Of a stretch of DNA of 64,000 nucleotides, positions 48,301 to 61,150 are shown one piece after another. The stretch covers positions 496,001 through 560,000 of the forward strand of contig RSEE01000038.1 in assembly GCA_003971905.1 (NCBI GenBank), given 5' to 3'. Numbering within the stretch: the first letter of the stretch is position 1; each line of letters begins with the position of its first letter. A model generated the notes under the pieces. It was given only the letters and a program-made list of their open reading frames with translations, did no database searches and had not been told where the DNA came from. The translations under genes and the position numbers were made by a program. The DNA comes from Moniliella sp. 'wahieum'. Lineage: Eukaryota.

Positions 48301-48910
48301 TGAGAATGGGCGAGCTCAGGCTCAGGACAAGCAAGCGACTAGTCACAGCGACTATATATAGTGACTAGGGACTACGGACTTGAGTTACCGAGTCCACTGA
48401 GTGGGGTAGGCCGTGGCGCCACTAACTATTGTCCACTGCGTACGAACTAGTAACTATAGGGCGTGTACAACCCAATGGCGCAACGGCGCATCTGCCTCCA
48501 ACCTCAAACCTCATTGTCTACAGTGCTTCAAGCGAGGGGGGCGCGGCCGCCCATCGGGGTCGCTCCTCGGCCAGCGCGGGCGAGGGAGGCAACGCAAGCG
48601 AGAGAGGACATGGTGGCCATGTGTGGATGGGAATAGACAGCGAGGGTAGCAGGCTCAGGCCGGGCAGGGGGGGACGATCTATAGCGGTACTTGAAGTAGG
48701 GAGGGTAGGAAAACGAGAAACGAAACAGGAAAGACGAAAGACGAAACAGGAGAGAGGAAAGAGATCCAGTTCCACCAGAACGAAGGAAGAAACCCATTGA
48801 TTTTTGGGCGAAACTGGGGTGCACACCCTTCCCTCCCCTAAGGCCTAAGGCAAGAAAGCAAGCAGCTAAGCCACACGCCCCAACGAACCTGCGGTGGGGT
48901 AACGCTAAGC

Positions 48911-51900
48911 TTAGCGCTTAGCGCTTGCCGCGTCCGCGCGACTCTTGCTCCCCCGCCCAGAGCGGGACTTGCTCTTGCCCTTTTTGGAGGACCGGCTGAG
49001 CCCCGTGAGCACCGGTGGTGGGCCCGCGGTGGAGAGGGGGTGGTCCACCGCCCGCTCCCGCAGGCGAGAGCAAGGGGCAGGTACGCTTACCGAGCCTGTG
49101 TCTGTGCCTGTGCCTGTGCCTGGCTTGCCGCTCGCCAGGGACGCGCCCAGGTCCGGCGAGTTCACCCTGCTGGTCAACCTCGTCGAAGGCGAGGGCGAGG
49201 GCGAGGGCGAGGGCAGGGCGAGGGCGAGGGCGAGGGCGAGGGCGAGGGCGAGGGCGAGGGCGAGAGGGGGCTGTGCGTGCCACCTTCTTCTTCGGTAGGC
49301 GACGAGGTGGCAGGAGATTGGATGGCGATCGATGAGTCGAGACCAGCCTCGGCCTCGGGGGGTGGACCAGTAATCTTCTCCTTCTCCTTCTCCTTCCTTC
49401 TCCTTCTCCTTTTCCTTCTCTTTCTCTTTCTCCTTGGTTGTCTTGCTCCTTCGCCTGCCGCTGGGACACGTCAGTGACCGACGCTTCCTCCTCGATACGT
49501 GCGACCATGACATCGGCACGCTGGGGCGCCGGCGCCGTGTGCTCGCGGGGCCCAGACCGCTCGGGCTGCGTCAGCGTCACCTTCTTGTCCTCCAAGCTCA
49601 TCGCCAGCGGCGCAGCAGCCTGCCTCTGCACCCGCAGCCCACGGACCGGGTACTGAGTGGGCTCAGCGGGGCTGAGCGCCTGGTCGAAAAGAGCGTGCTC
49701 GGGCTGGTCCCGCGCCTCGTCCGGCTCCGCCGTAGGAACCAGGGCCAATCCCGCGTGCTGGACGCCGCCAAAGGCGAAGCAGGAGAAAAAAGTGCGTGGG
49801 GCCACAGCCGAGGCGCAAGGGGCGACACCTTTCGTAGCTGACCCAGCGGCGGGCGCGAACAGGTGGTCAAGCGTCGCGCCAGCAGGCACGAACGTGCTCT
49901 CTGTTTGCTTTGGCAGCGGGAGGCGAGCGGCGGGCGCAAAGAGCGATGCCAGGTCTTCCCCGGGGCAAGACGCTGGAGCGAACACCCTGCGTGTGCCGCG
50001 CGATGTGTCCTGCAGCAACAACGTGTCCTGCTGCGGTTGCGACCCGGACGCGGCGGGCGCAAACGTCTCTGGACTGGGGGAGGGCAAGCGGGGGCTTGAA
50101 CAACGCAGCCTGCCCCGCTCGGCGCGTCTCCCGCTTGGGCGGGGGGGGCAAGCCGTCGACGGGTGGGCAACGAACACCGATTGGAGGCGGACGATGATCG
50201 ACGGTGTCCGAACACCAGCACTGGCCGGGACAAATGGTCCATTGCTCTCCTGTGCCGAGGCAGCAAAATGGTTGTGCACAATGCCCGAGGCAGGAAGAAA
50301 GGTGCCCCCCCCACCGGCTGCGGCAGGCGCAAACGTATCGGTGGCCAGCGGCGAAGGGGGACGGCAAGCGGGTCCAAAGAGGGTGGCTGGGCGAGCAGGA
50401 GCAAGGGCAAGTCCAAGCGCGCCGTTCCTTGGCGCTTCGACCGGCCCGGCAGCCGGTGCAAACGACGGTGCTGGACGTACGTTTGGTAGCATAGTAGGCA
50501 CAACAGGTGGGACGGTAGAGTGGACGCCTGGGTGCCGTTTTGGTTTGGGGATGGGCAAGGGGGGGTGGGTAAAGGCTCCGTTTCGACGCGAGCCATCGGC
50601 ACCGTCGCAGCCTCGGCCGCCGGAGCAACATACCATCGCTCTCGCCGGAGGACGGCCAGAGGACGCCACCGGCTCCGCTGGCAGGAAGAAAATGCATGCT
50701 CATGTCACTGGCAGCAGGGACAAACGTCTCGTGAGCTGCTGCCAGGGCGGGCGAGTTGCAAGGGCCAAAAAGCTTGCCATTTTGCTCGTAGGAACCAGGG
50801 ACAGAAGATGCGGGCGCAAACAGCGTCCGGATAAGGTGGCGAACGCAGTGTGCACCCCTGGACGGTGCCGGAGCAGGGCGCAAAGACGTTCGGAGTCTTC
50901 GTCGCTGACTGGGGCGCACGGGATTGCGTCCGACTGGTACCTTGGCAGGGACGAAGAATGTCGCGATGAGCAATGCGGTCGGACTCCACAGGCCTTGACC
51001 CGGCAGGGTCGGTCTCGCTCACCTCCGCTTTCCGCTTGGGGCGTACTCTGCTCCCAGATGGGGGCCTTCTTGGCGCCCACCGATCCGCCAAGAGGCGTCC
51101 CGCCTCTTCCTTTGACGGACTGGATGCAAGGGTCAAGTAATCTTGCGCGGGGGGGACGAGCGCGCCTGTTGGCAAGTCGGGCGAGGAGAGCACAGGCGGT
51201 GAAAACGCAACCTCGTCGTCTTGCACCTGCTCCTTGGACTCGGCCGCCTGGGGCGCAGGACGCGAGAGGGCTGCCTCTGCCTCACCCCGTTCCTCTCGCG
51301 GTGAGGGCAGGCAAGGCGCGCCGAGACACGCGACGAGCTGGGCTGGGGGCCGTCATGACAGGGGTGGACGGAGCGGTGTGGGTAAGGTCCCAGCGCTTGG
51401 GCAGGGGCAAGCCCATCGCGCTGGCATAGCGCCGTACCCGCCCGACCAGCGCCGAAGAGCCTGGGCCGAGGAACAGCGCCGGGACACAGAAGAAATCCGG
51501 GGCATATGCCAAGATCGGTGCACGAGCGGGAGGCGTACGCCAGTGTCAGCACACAGCAGTCCTGCTGCGCGATGCACGGCGCGCGGGAGCAGGCCCAGAG
51601 CATGGCCACGCGTACCTGCGCCAAGCGTGCTGGGCCAGCTGTCTGCCGACGCCGGAAGGAGCCGGTCGGAGGGGAACACGAGCGCATACGATGGTCGCGG
51701 GCGCACGAGCCAGGTTAGCACCCAGCCCGCCAGGAGCAAGGGCACTTGCGCGGCCATGCGCGCCATGGTTGGTGCTAGCTTGGGTAGGCGCCGGGTCAGG
51801 TGCAGGATGGGCGGTAGCAGGGACCTGTTCGGTCCAGTGCGTGAGCACCGCGCTAGGTCCGTCGGCGTCCGAGGTGGGGACAAGGTGCAGGCTAACGAGT

Positions 51901-52379
51901 CCGGGGGAAGCCCACTCGATAAATGGCAACCAGCGTGGACGCAGGAGATGGATGACCAGCTGGCGCACGACGATGGGCCTGCTCTTGAGGTCAGCTGGTC
52001 CGAGCGGGGAAACGCAGAGCCAAGAAAAAGGAGAGACAGGGGGGGACGTACTGGGCTGCTACGGGAGACGAAGGAGAATGAGGCGTTGGGGCCGCCTGCT
52101 CCAGAGCACACTGCACTTGCTCCCACGTACAAGGGGAGGAGCGGAGAACAAGCGTGTCGTGCTGGAAGGCAAAACGAAAGACCGAGCGAAGAGCGGCGAG
52201 GGGGGCGGCGTTTTGGGTGGCTACGAGCACGGTCGAGTTGTGCGGGTGGCCGACCTGGAGAGAGAAGCGGGCGTCGGGGGCAATGCGGACGTGGCGCGGC
52301 GCGGTCTGGTCGAGGGTGGAGGCGGTGGGCGGTGGGGATGGAGCCCCGGCGGCGGGAGGGAGAGTGGTGGGCAAGGCAT
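48911..52379 (-). CDS. Hypothetical protein: possible N-terminal NTF2/SnoaL-like domain, hydrophobic segment, about 17 F-x-P-A repeats, basic C-terminus; intron 51979-52051; frameshifted (could be two genes)
   Basis: TATATA box at about 52483-52488 upstream of ATG 52379. Intron GTACGT..GCTGAC..CAG. Repeated SFAPAA/TFVPAA/HFLPAS motifs in ORFs 48918-50669 and 49867-50973. Confidence 0.55.
49187..49265. repeat. (GGCGAG)n hexanucleotide repeat
   Basis: About 12 tandem units. Confidence 0.9.
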
Positions 52380-52779
52380 GGATGGGGGTGCTCAGTGCAT
52401 TCTGTGGGCGGCAGGAAGAGAGGAGGAGGGAGGTGTGGTTCATCCTGCGACCAGCTGCGGGCGGCGCAGAGCAGCAGGCGGGTATATAAGCATCCCATCT
52501 GGCCGCCGCACATGAGGGCTCGTGGGGCGTGTGTTGGGCGGGGGGGCGGGGGGGCAGCCAGCGGGCGCCAGGGGGCTGCGAGCGGAGCCAGGGGGCGAGG
52601 CGATGCCAGGGGTTAACCGTGGCGCTGGGGCGCAATCCATCGAGCTAATCAACAACCAGGCTGCTGTGATGTGATGGCGGCTGCGGGTGATGTGCAGGTG
52701 ATGTGCGGGTGATGTGGGGCGGCTGGAGTTAAGAGCGCCTCGGCCTCGGCTGGGGTGGCTGGGCTGCCACCGCGCCGCC

Positions 52780-55700
52780 ATGCACATCCACCCTACGCCG
52801 CCCACGCCAGCGGCGGCGGCGCCGACTCCTCCTCCCGCCCGCCATGGCCCCCACCTGCCCCTGCGCCCGCCCCCGTCCCCGCGCCCAACCAGCCCCCCCC
52901 ACCGACCCCTTCCTCCTCCCCGCCACCGCCGCCCACTACGACCGCGTCAGCTCCCCTTCGCTGCGCGGCACCCCCAGAGAGACGCCGCGCAGCACGCCAT
53001 GGGGCACCCCGCGTCTCCCTCTCGCATCCCACTCCACCTCCATCTGACCTCCCGCTGCCCCACCGCCTCTCCGCCGCCGCTCCGCCTTCCCGCCCCGCCT
53101 CCCCGCGACGCCGCCCCCACCTCCCCTACATCCCACCCCAGCGTCTCCCGCCGGCCTAGCGCCCTGCAACGGTCCCCGCCGTGCCGGAGGAGGCACGTCC
53201 GCAGCAGGACATCCTTGACCAACATCAGCTTGGGCGCGCATGTCCTGGGCCTCGCTTGGCTCCGACCTCGGCATCACCCCGTACCAAGCAGCTGTTGGCG
53301 CCTTGTCCGCCAGAAGAGAAAGCACACTCACTGCCGAGTACCTTTCCCGCCGTGCCAGCCTAATCAGCGTGGACGACATGCAGATCTTTCTCCCGGGAGA
53401 CCGGCTGGCAGAAGGGCTCCGGCATGACGGGTGCGTTGTACGCAAGGTCCATGACGGCATGGGACAAGATACGGGGGAGTTGATGGCCCCTTGGAGGTGG
53501 TACGCAAGCTGGGACAGGGGAGCTATGCTTCGGTCTATCTGGTGCGGGAAGTGTCGGATTGCGAGCCCAGCGGAGAGAGCGACCTCTCCTCCACACCGCA
53601 TGTACGTCCCGACATGCACCTGGATGCCAGCTCTGTGGCGTTGGGAGCAGCGCATGCCATGCAAGAGAGGGCATTTGCTCTCAAGTGTTTGTGCAAGCAT
53701 GATCTCAGCTCTGCAATGGTAGCAGTGCAGAAAGAAGAAGTTGTGATTCATCATTCCCTGCCCCCGCACCCCACATTGTTTCCATGCACTGTGCCTACGA
53801 GACCCCGACTGGCTCTTTCTCGTGCTCGAGTACTGCCCTGGACAGGACTTGTACTATTGGTTGGAGCAAGCAAACGACGACCTTCCCCCTTCTCCTTCCG
53901 TCGTCTCGCCCATTGATGATGGTGAAGGGGGGCAGGAAAGCCTGGGGAGTTCGCCTCAGGACCCCCTCTTGCTCGCTACTACCTCTGGCTACTCGATTCT
54001 CTCATGGCATCGCCTCCGCCTGATCAGCAGAATGTTTGTCCAGATGTGCGAAGCGGTGCAGTTCTGCCACGACCAAGGCGTTGCTCATCGCGACCTCAAG
54101 CCTGAGAACTTTATCGTCCAGGATCGTCGCCTCCTTCCTGCCACACAGGGCGCCACGAGAAGTGGCGAGGTGGAGCCCGTTTCGGTGAAGCTTACTGATT
54201 TTGGGCTGGCTACCAGGGAGGAGTGGTGAGGAAGTGGGGTGTGGGAGCAAACCCTACATGTCGTATGGTACGTCCCCTGGACTTTCTTCTCTCGTACTCC
54301 GGTTGCACCACTAACGCCTCCTTGCCTCTGCATCTGTCCAGAGTGTTGCAACGATGACGAGCCTGCGTACCAGACCAAGCCGGCCGACGTGTGGTCCCTG
54401 GGAGTGATCTTGCTCAACATGCTCTTCCACCGCAACCCGTTTACCGAGCCTTCGGCAACTGCCCCTCGTTTGCTGCCTACCAAGCCGACCCAGTGGAATG
54501 GCTACTGGTTGCATTTGATGGGCTCTCTCCCGCCGTGGCCCAGTATTTGGCTCAGGGAGTCTTCAATCCCATCTCAACGGGGACAAGGGTGACTGCTGGC
54601 CAACTAGGTCAGTGGGCAAAGGATCTTCCGGCCCACTTTGGGCTTACCGGACCGGGCCTGCCGGCTCCCTCTCGTGGAGCCGGGATGGGAATCACCTCCG
54701 CCCTCACCCCCTCCCCCTCGCGAGCCAACTCTATCTACCTACCCTCTCGGAAAGGGTCAATCGCCTCTCCTTCACTCCTTGTCGACCTTTCTCTCGCTGC
54801 TGGCAATCTCACACTTAGGACCGAACCCAGTCCAATCGGACCCACTAGGGGACTACCCAGAGGATCGGTCTCAATTCCCATTCCCGAGAGAGGATTGAGG
54901 CACATGCCCTCGACCGTGCAGGAAGAATTGGCGGGCACGCTCCAGGCGAGCAAAACCATGCCCCCCCGACCCCCTTCCCCTGTACCAGTACCCGCAACGG
55001 CTCCAACATCCCCACCACCTCCCGTCTTGGCCGCTCGGGCACCTCCTGTCCGCCCTCCTCGTACCCCCGCCTGTCTACACAAGCTCCCGCTATCCCCGGA
55101 CCTAGTCTTCCTGTGGCGACCGCCCAAGCTCCGACGGAGCCTCCTCTACCGGCAGCCATGCCTCCATCGACGGAGCCTCAGGCACCGCTCGGAACCGAGT
55201 CTTCATTAGCAGCCCGCCGTGCGATGCCGCCGCCGCCGCAGCTCGTCCCCTCGCAACCCAAGAAACCCACGGTAGCAACCCCCCTGTCGGGGGGCGAGGA
55301 AGTGCTGGACTCATCCGAGGACGAGGCCGTGTCGGTTGCCGGATCGAACAAACCGCGAAGACGCAAGCGGGGTAATCGTAAGAGTTCCCTAACGCGAGCG
55401 AGGGAACAAGTCTCCTCCTCCCCTCTGCCTCCCGCTACGCCTTCTTCGGCGGGAACGGAGAAAGGCCAAGGCCACCCGCTTCCTCCCAAGCCGCTCACGC
55501 CGAGCGAGCAACCTCTGTCCTGGCGCGAGCGGGGCGAGCGTCCGGCCGCTTCCCGAACCAGCTTTTCCAGTGCCCACTCGGACGACCAACTGAGCATCTT
55601 TTCCTCCGTCTCGGCCCCGGCTGAGATTCTCCGCCGCTCCCATTCGCGTCCTCGCGCCTTACATCCCATCAAAGAGACGCGCGAACGACGCCCGGCGCCC

Positions 55701-56090
55701 ACCGAGCTCGACGCTTCCTTTTTGGCGGAAATGTTTGGCGGGCCACCGCGACCCCGACGCGGCAGCAGTGGTCGTGTTCCCCCAAACCATGCCAGCAGCT
55801 CGCGCCGGCACCCGGAACGCGTCTCGACTCACTCCCAGCCATCGCGTACTGAGCGGTCGTACCACTCGCTCGAAGTGCCCCGGACGCGCGACCCACCTCG
55901 CGCCACCACCCGCGCAGCCCGCCCGCGGTCCGGGCCTGCCCCTGTGCCTGGCTCTTCATCGGGCGACGCGGACTGGTCGGCGTCGTCTTCCTCGGCTTCC
56001 TCGGCGTCTCACCCCCCGGCAGGGGAGGTACGTGGGGAGGAAGGCGAGGCGAAGAAGGCGAGCAAGTTCCGTGGCTTTTTCCGGAAATGA
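52780..56090 (+). CDS. Ser/Thr protein kinase, Ran1/Pat1/Ksp1-like; intron 54268-54341; frameshifted; start uncertain
   Basis: LGQGSYASVYL, FALKCL, LEYCPGQDLYYW, HRDLKPENF, KLTDFGLA, spliced CGSKPYMSYEC, ADVWSLG. Long P/S-rich tail ending SKFRGFFRK*. Confidence 0.92.
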
Positions 56091-56849
56091 GGCTCTGAGC
56101 GCGGGGGCGGTCTTGGTCCGTCGGATGTCTTCCTCTTTCCTCTTTCTTTTTGGAGGTCTGGCGGCGAGGGAGGCTATGTGGGCGTAGGTCCCTACGAACT
56201 AACCACTAACCGTTCCGGTTTAATTTTAGTCTCCTTCCCTCGCCCTCTGGCCGACACGCACTTTCGTTTGTGGTTTGTCTGCTTCGACGGTTCACCCGTT
56301 CTGAGATCCCTGAGGCCTGAGGCCGGATCGTCGGTTGTTCTTCCCTCTTTATGCATTGCCACTCGAGCTGTTGCCGAGTTTGGATGCCCATCCTCCCGTC
56401 CCTTCGCTTGACATTCGTAGTCGTCGCAAGGTGGCATTCGGTATGTGGGCCGGAACACTTATACTTCTCCTGCCAGAAAAAAAGAGAGAAGCCCAGGACA
56501 GTCCTGTCCCCCTGCCACTATGTGAGCGCAGAGTCCACCACCAATTGTCAGAGCATGGCGTCAAAGACAAGATCGTAGATGCGAGGTCTAATGGGAGATG
56601 TGAGAAGAGCGGTCCTGCCCAACGCTCTACATAGACTCTTTGTATGGCCCAGCACTCCCATCACCTCCTATAGCCAGTCACATACCTCCTTCCTATCCTC
56701 TACTCCTAAGAGCGCGGCAAGCCGTATGCTACGATGGACGAAATGTGTGTATGACCCTCCAACGCGCCAGTGCCATGTGTCCCGAGTCGATGACCCATCG
56801 AACGCGAGAGACAAGCGGGGAAAACAGGGGGGGGTAGATAGAGGCTAGA

Positions 56850-58553
56850 TCAACGCCCCGGGTGCGTTGGCAAATGGGCAGCCGAATAGGAGATGCGACG
56901 GACATCCGTCGTGGGCCAATTGTACTTGTGGTTTTTGTACTTGAATCCGTACTTGGCAACCCAGTCGTTGAGCGCCTTGGGTCCCCTGGATCCGTACGCA
57001 TACGGCTCGGGCATCAGCTCCCCCCGATCAATCGCGTGGAGCAGCGGGGTAAAGATGGACCAGCTGGCTTGCAACTCGTCGTCTCGGACAAACTTGCTGT
57101 GGTCCCCGACCAACGCATCGTAGATCAACGTTTCGTACGCCTCGGGAATCCGCGCACCACTAAACCGGCCCTTGTAGGTCAAGTCGAGTTCGGCATTGAT
57201 CAGATCGTAGGTTAAGCCCGGCGCTTTGGCATTCACTTTGGCATACACCGCTTCCCCGGGCTGGACGCGAAGCACAAGTTCGTTGCGCATCAGACCCTCG
57301 TCCGGGTGGGAAAAGAGGTTGTTCTCCGGGTCCTTGTATTGTACACGAATTTCCACCTTGGCCTCGTTCAATGCTTTGCCCGCCTTGAGTAGAAGGGGAC
57401 ACCGCGCCAACGCGCATTTTGACCCACAATGCCAACGCAGCAAAGGTAGGACAGTTGCTAGCGTCAGGCACGGTGGGATCATCCAGGTAGCCCGGTTTGC
57501 CCCCCGCTGCAATGTACTGTCCCAACAGCACATCCTCCATTGCGACGGGCGGGATGTCTTTTAGCACGGCCACCTTGGCGTCCCTGATGGCTTCCGCGTC
57601 GAGCGATTGGGGTTGCTCCATGGCAAACAGCGATAAGACTTGGCACAGGTGGTTTGCTCAATGTCGCGAATGATGCCAAACTCATCAAAGTACCCGCCGC
57701 GACCTTCGGTGCCAAAGGGCTCCTTGAACGTGATCTGGACATTGGACACGTACTTGTTGTTGAGCGTCGCTTCGATGACCGGATTGGCAAAGCGAACGGT
57801 CAATAGATTCTTCACCATCTCCTTACCCAGGTAGTGGTCGATGCCTGTGATCCGAAATGGAATCGAGGTGGATGTGGCAGGCGCAGAACATTAGTACACG
57901 CGCGTAATGTCCCTAGGGGGATGAGAGGCTGGGAATAAGTGAGAAGAAGAAGAAGATCAACTGTCCTCGAGTACGTACGGAACGTTTCCTCTTCCCGCCA
58001 CAGTGGCTTGAGTGCGCCGAGCATTGCCTGGCACGACGCGAGGTCCTTCCCAAACGGCTTTTCCAGCACGATGCGATTGGAACCATGAGGGGCATAGTTG
58101 TTCTCTTGAGGTGGCGGGCCACCGGGATAAACACACTCGGCGGAAGGGCCATGTAGAAGAGACGGTGGGAGCCGGCTTGGCGCACACCGCGCTGCGCCTC
58201 AATCGCTTGAATCGCCTGCTCCAGCACTTGGAACGCCGCCTCGTCGTCGTACGATCCAGCAATATAGCTGGTCAGGCCAAGAAAGGCAGACACGGTCTCT
58301 TGTGCTCCGGGCGACGACACGCTGGTGAGCAAGCTCCCGACCCGCTCGTCAAACGCCTGCTTGTCGAGCGGGGTACGCGCATACCCAATGATGCTTGTCT
58401 GGGCCGGCAACAGGCCCAAGCAGTATAGGTTGAACAGCGCCGGGAACGTCTTTTTGCGCGCCAGATCGCCCGAGCGCCGAGCACAACAATGACCACCTCG
58501 GACGCCAGCTGGCCACTGGGCGAGGGGTGCGGTCCGTGGCTCATGGTAGCCAT
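56850..58553 (-). CDS. ZWF1: Glucose-6-phosphate 1-dehydrogenase; intron 57845-57978; frameshifted
   Basis: [36 protein letters not shown], spliced [45 protein letters not shown]. Confidence 0.97.
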
Positions 58554-59970
58554 CCGCGGCGGGGGTTATAGCAGGAGAAGGGGACAAGGGAAGAGAAAGA
58601 GGCAGAATGGTGTGAGTGTTGGGAGTGCCTTCCCCGCGCGCTCGAGCGGAGAGGGGGGTGAATAAAAACCCCGGAGAGCAGCTCGGATTGGCCCACCGCC
58701 TATAATAGAGACGTTTGCACCGTTTGCTACGCCGCGCCTGCGGCCATGTCACAGTAGTCATAATGCGCGGAATGCAACCGTGGGGCTCGTGTGTGGACAG
58801 CCAGCTGCGGCCGGCTGACGCGGCTAAGCGCTGGCTGAGTACTACTCAGACTGAGTGCTGACACGGCTGATGCCGCGCAGACAGGCAACCTCCCGGGCTG
58901 TCGGCGATACGACGCAGCACGATACCATACCATACCGTACCATGCTATACCATCCCATCCTTACGATACTATGCTCGGCTCTGCTCGGCCTTGCTCGGCT
59001 GTCAATCGATTATTAATTAATCCACCAGCAGGCCTTTGCGGCGCCGGTGTCTGGCGGCGGACTATAACCCGAGACCGAGGCGGAGCGACATTGTGGCGTA
59101 GCTGCTACCCTGGGCCATTCAGCGCCCTTTGTGTTGGGGCCTCCCTTATGATATCCAACCACAGGCCCCAGTGCACCAGCCCTGTGGTATCAAATCTTCA
59201 AGCTTCAAGCTTCATCTATCAACGCTTCAAAGCTGCCGCCCAGTCAAGGTTGGGCGCACTGAAGAAATAGCCCAACCCAGGCACACCCGCGCCACAAGGA
59301 TCCCCCAACCCGCGTCATTTGGTTGCCATCGTCGGCGTTCAGCGTTCCACGCTCAGCAGCAGAGCAGAGGAGCGCGCAACAGCCATCTGCGCACCCGCAC
59401 GTTGGCATCAGCCACACGGCCGCCGTCGGAGATAGAGGTGGCCGAGGCCCAGCTCTGTATTACCGTCTCCAGGCTAAGCCAGCCGGCCGCGGCAAGGTGG
59501 TGGTGCAGTTGATGATGCTGTAACGCTGGCTTTAACGTCTTAACAGCTTTAACCTCCGTCTTACCTCCGGCACTCTGCTCACTGCATCATGCATCATGCA
59601 TCATGCATCACGTGAGTCCCAGTTGCACGTTGAAGCTTTCAGAGCGGAATCGGAACACTTTGCAATTTGCACGTTCAACGTTAAACGTTCGACGAACCTA
59701 GAATACGCTTGAAACGTTCATGCGGGGCTCCGCCGCTGCGGCCGAGTTTAATGAGCGGCGCTGTGCCCTTGCCGGGTGGATTCTACTTGGACTGGGAGCC
59801 AGCCGACCAAGATTCTACTGCGGTGCCTGCCCAAAGAAGAACCACTGACAGATTCTACTCCATCACCATCATTCACCTCCATCCACCGCCATGCCTCGAG
59901 GTGTCTGTTGCGGACTTGGTGCGTATTCAGGTACCGAACTGGTATGCGTGTATGACATGACAACCGACTA

Positions 59971-61150
59971 ATGACCGTCCCCTTTCCCACATTCCTCATT
60001 GCAGGCTCCTTGCTCATGTGCGCCGCCATGGTGCTGATGATTTGTCAACGTCGGTCAGATTGGCACCGGCCGGGTCGAACGCCACATTTATCTCGCTCAT
60101 CTCAATCTCACTGGCTTTGCCACTCGGGTTGCACAAGCCGATACAAGTGGGGTGCAACCGATCTTTGCCTCGAATCAGTCCGCCCCACTCCTCGCTGGCA
60201 ACGGCGCACGATTCAACTACTGGTGGGGAATGTACAGCGTATGTGGAAGCGATGGTGGTGCCGATAGCTCCAACCGTTCTTGTTCTTCCAACGAATTTGG
60301 CCACCCCTTCGAGCCAGTTCAGACCTTTGATGCCGACATTGGCTCGAATAACATCCCGGCCGGCGCCCTTTCAAATGATGGGTCGGGGGGCAGCATTGAC
60401 CCATCCAAGCTGAATAAAATCACCAATCCATCCTGGCTCGCTCACCTTTCCCGTGGCACGTTTTATCTTTTCTTTATCGGCACCATTGGCGGGCGTGTCT
60501 TGGCTCCTGAGCTTGCTCAATGGAGAGCGTTTTGCTCTGTTTCTCGCATCCCTCGCTTCTCTCCTTACCGCTGTCCTTCTTGGTGTCGGAGCAGCAATTT
60601 GGACCGCCATGCTGGGCATTATTCGCGACGAGCTCAAATCCGTTCACATTAGCCAGGAGTTTGGTTTGGACTATGGCAATGCTCTCTGGCTCAGGGCCGC
60701 GTTCGGCTGCGCACTATTGAGCATCATTCCTCTTCTGGTGGCCTGCTGCGAGCCTGGTCGGTCCTGCTACGGTCTGAGAAGGAGGAAGTACCAGAGCACG
60801 CCCCTCCAACCCGAATGGACCACGAAGCGAAACACTCCACTTCCATCCACCGGTTTGGAGCCAGTGGGCAGCAACCAGTACCTGAACTACCAGCGTGGGG
60901 ACGCCTACGATAACGCGTATACCCAACTGCCTACCCGGCTCCTGCACCGCCTCCCAAGACCCAAGCGTCGGCACCCGAGGTGGGACAGATCTATGTTCCC
61001 CCCCAACCGCTTCCGGGGCGCGCCGCTCAAACGAGCGGGTACACGCGCTACGAAGCGCGGGATGCGGGACGCCCAGGCCCAGAGCGCGCGTAGGACCGCT
61101 ACGATCGACCGGATGTCCGTTATGATCCTCGGTTCGATGATAACTATTGA
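59971..61150 (+). CDS. SUR7/PalI/Rim9-family tetraspan membrane protein, frameshifted
   Basis: N-terminal TM, loop motif YWWGMYSVC...C...FGHPFEP, three further TMs, DYGNALWL, Tyr/Asp/Arg-rich tail ending RFDDNY*. Confidence 0.85.

Noticed and set aside
49657..52616. Long plus-strand ORFs (590 aa, 460 aa)
   Set aside because: Antisense shadows of GC-rich coding DNA. The repeat motif, intron and TATA box support the minus strand.
56840..56930. Cryptic peroxisomal extension of G6PD by readthrough
   Set aside because: The stop context is TGA TCT, not TGA CTA, and no SKL-type end appears in the nearby frames I checked.
5580..58553. Calling the frameshifted genes pseudogenes or programmed frameshifts
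   Set aside because: Indels hit all genes, including essential ones, at similar density while the residues stay conserved. Sequencing error is far more likely.
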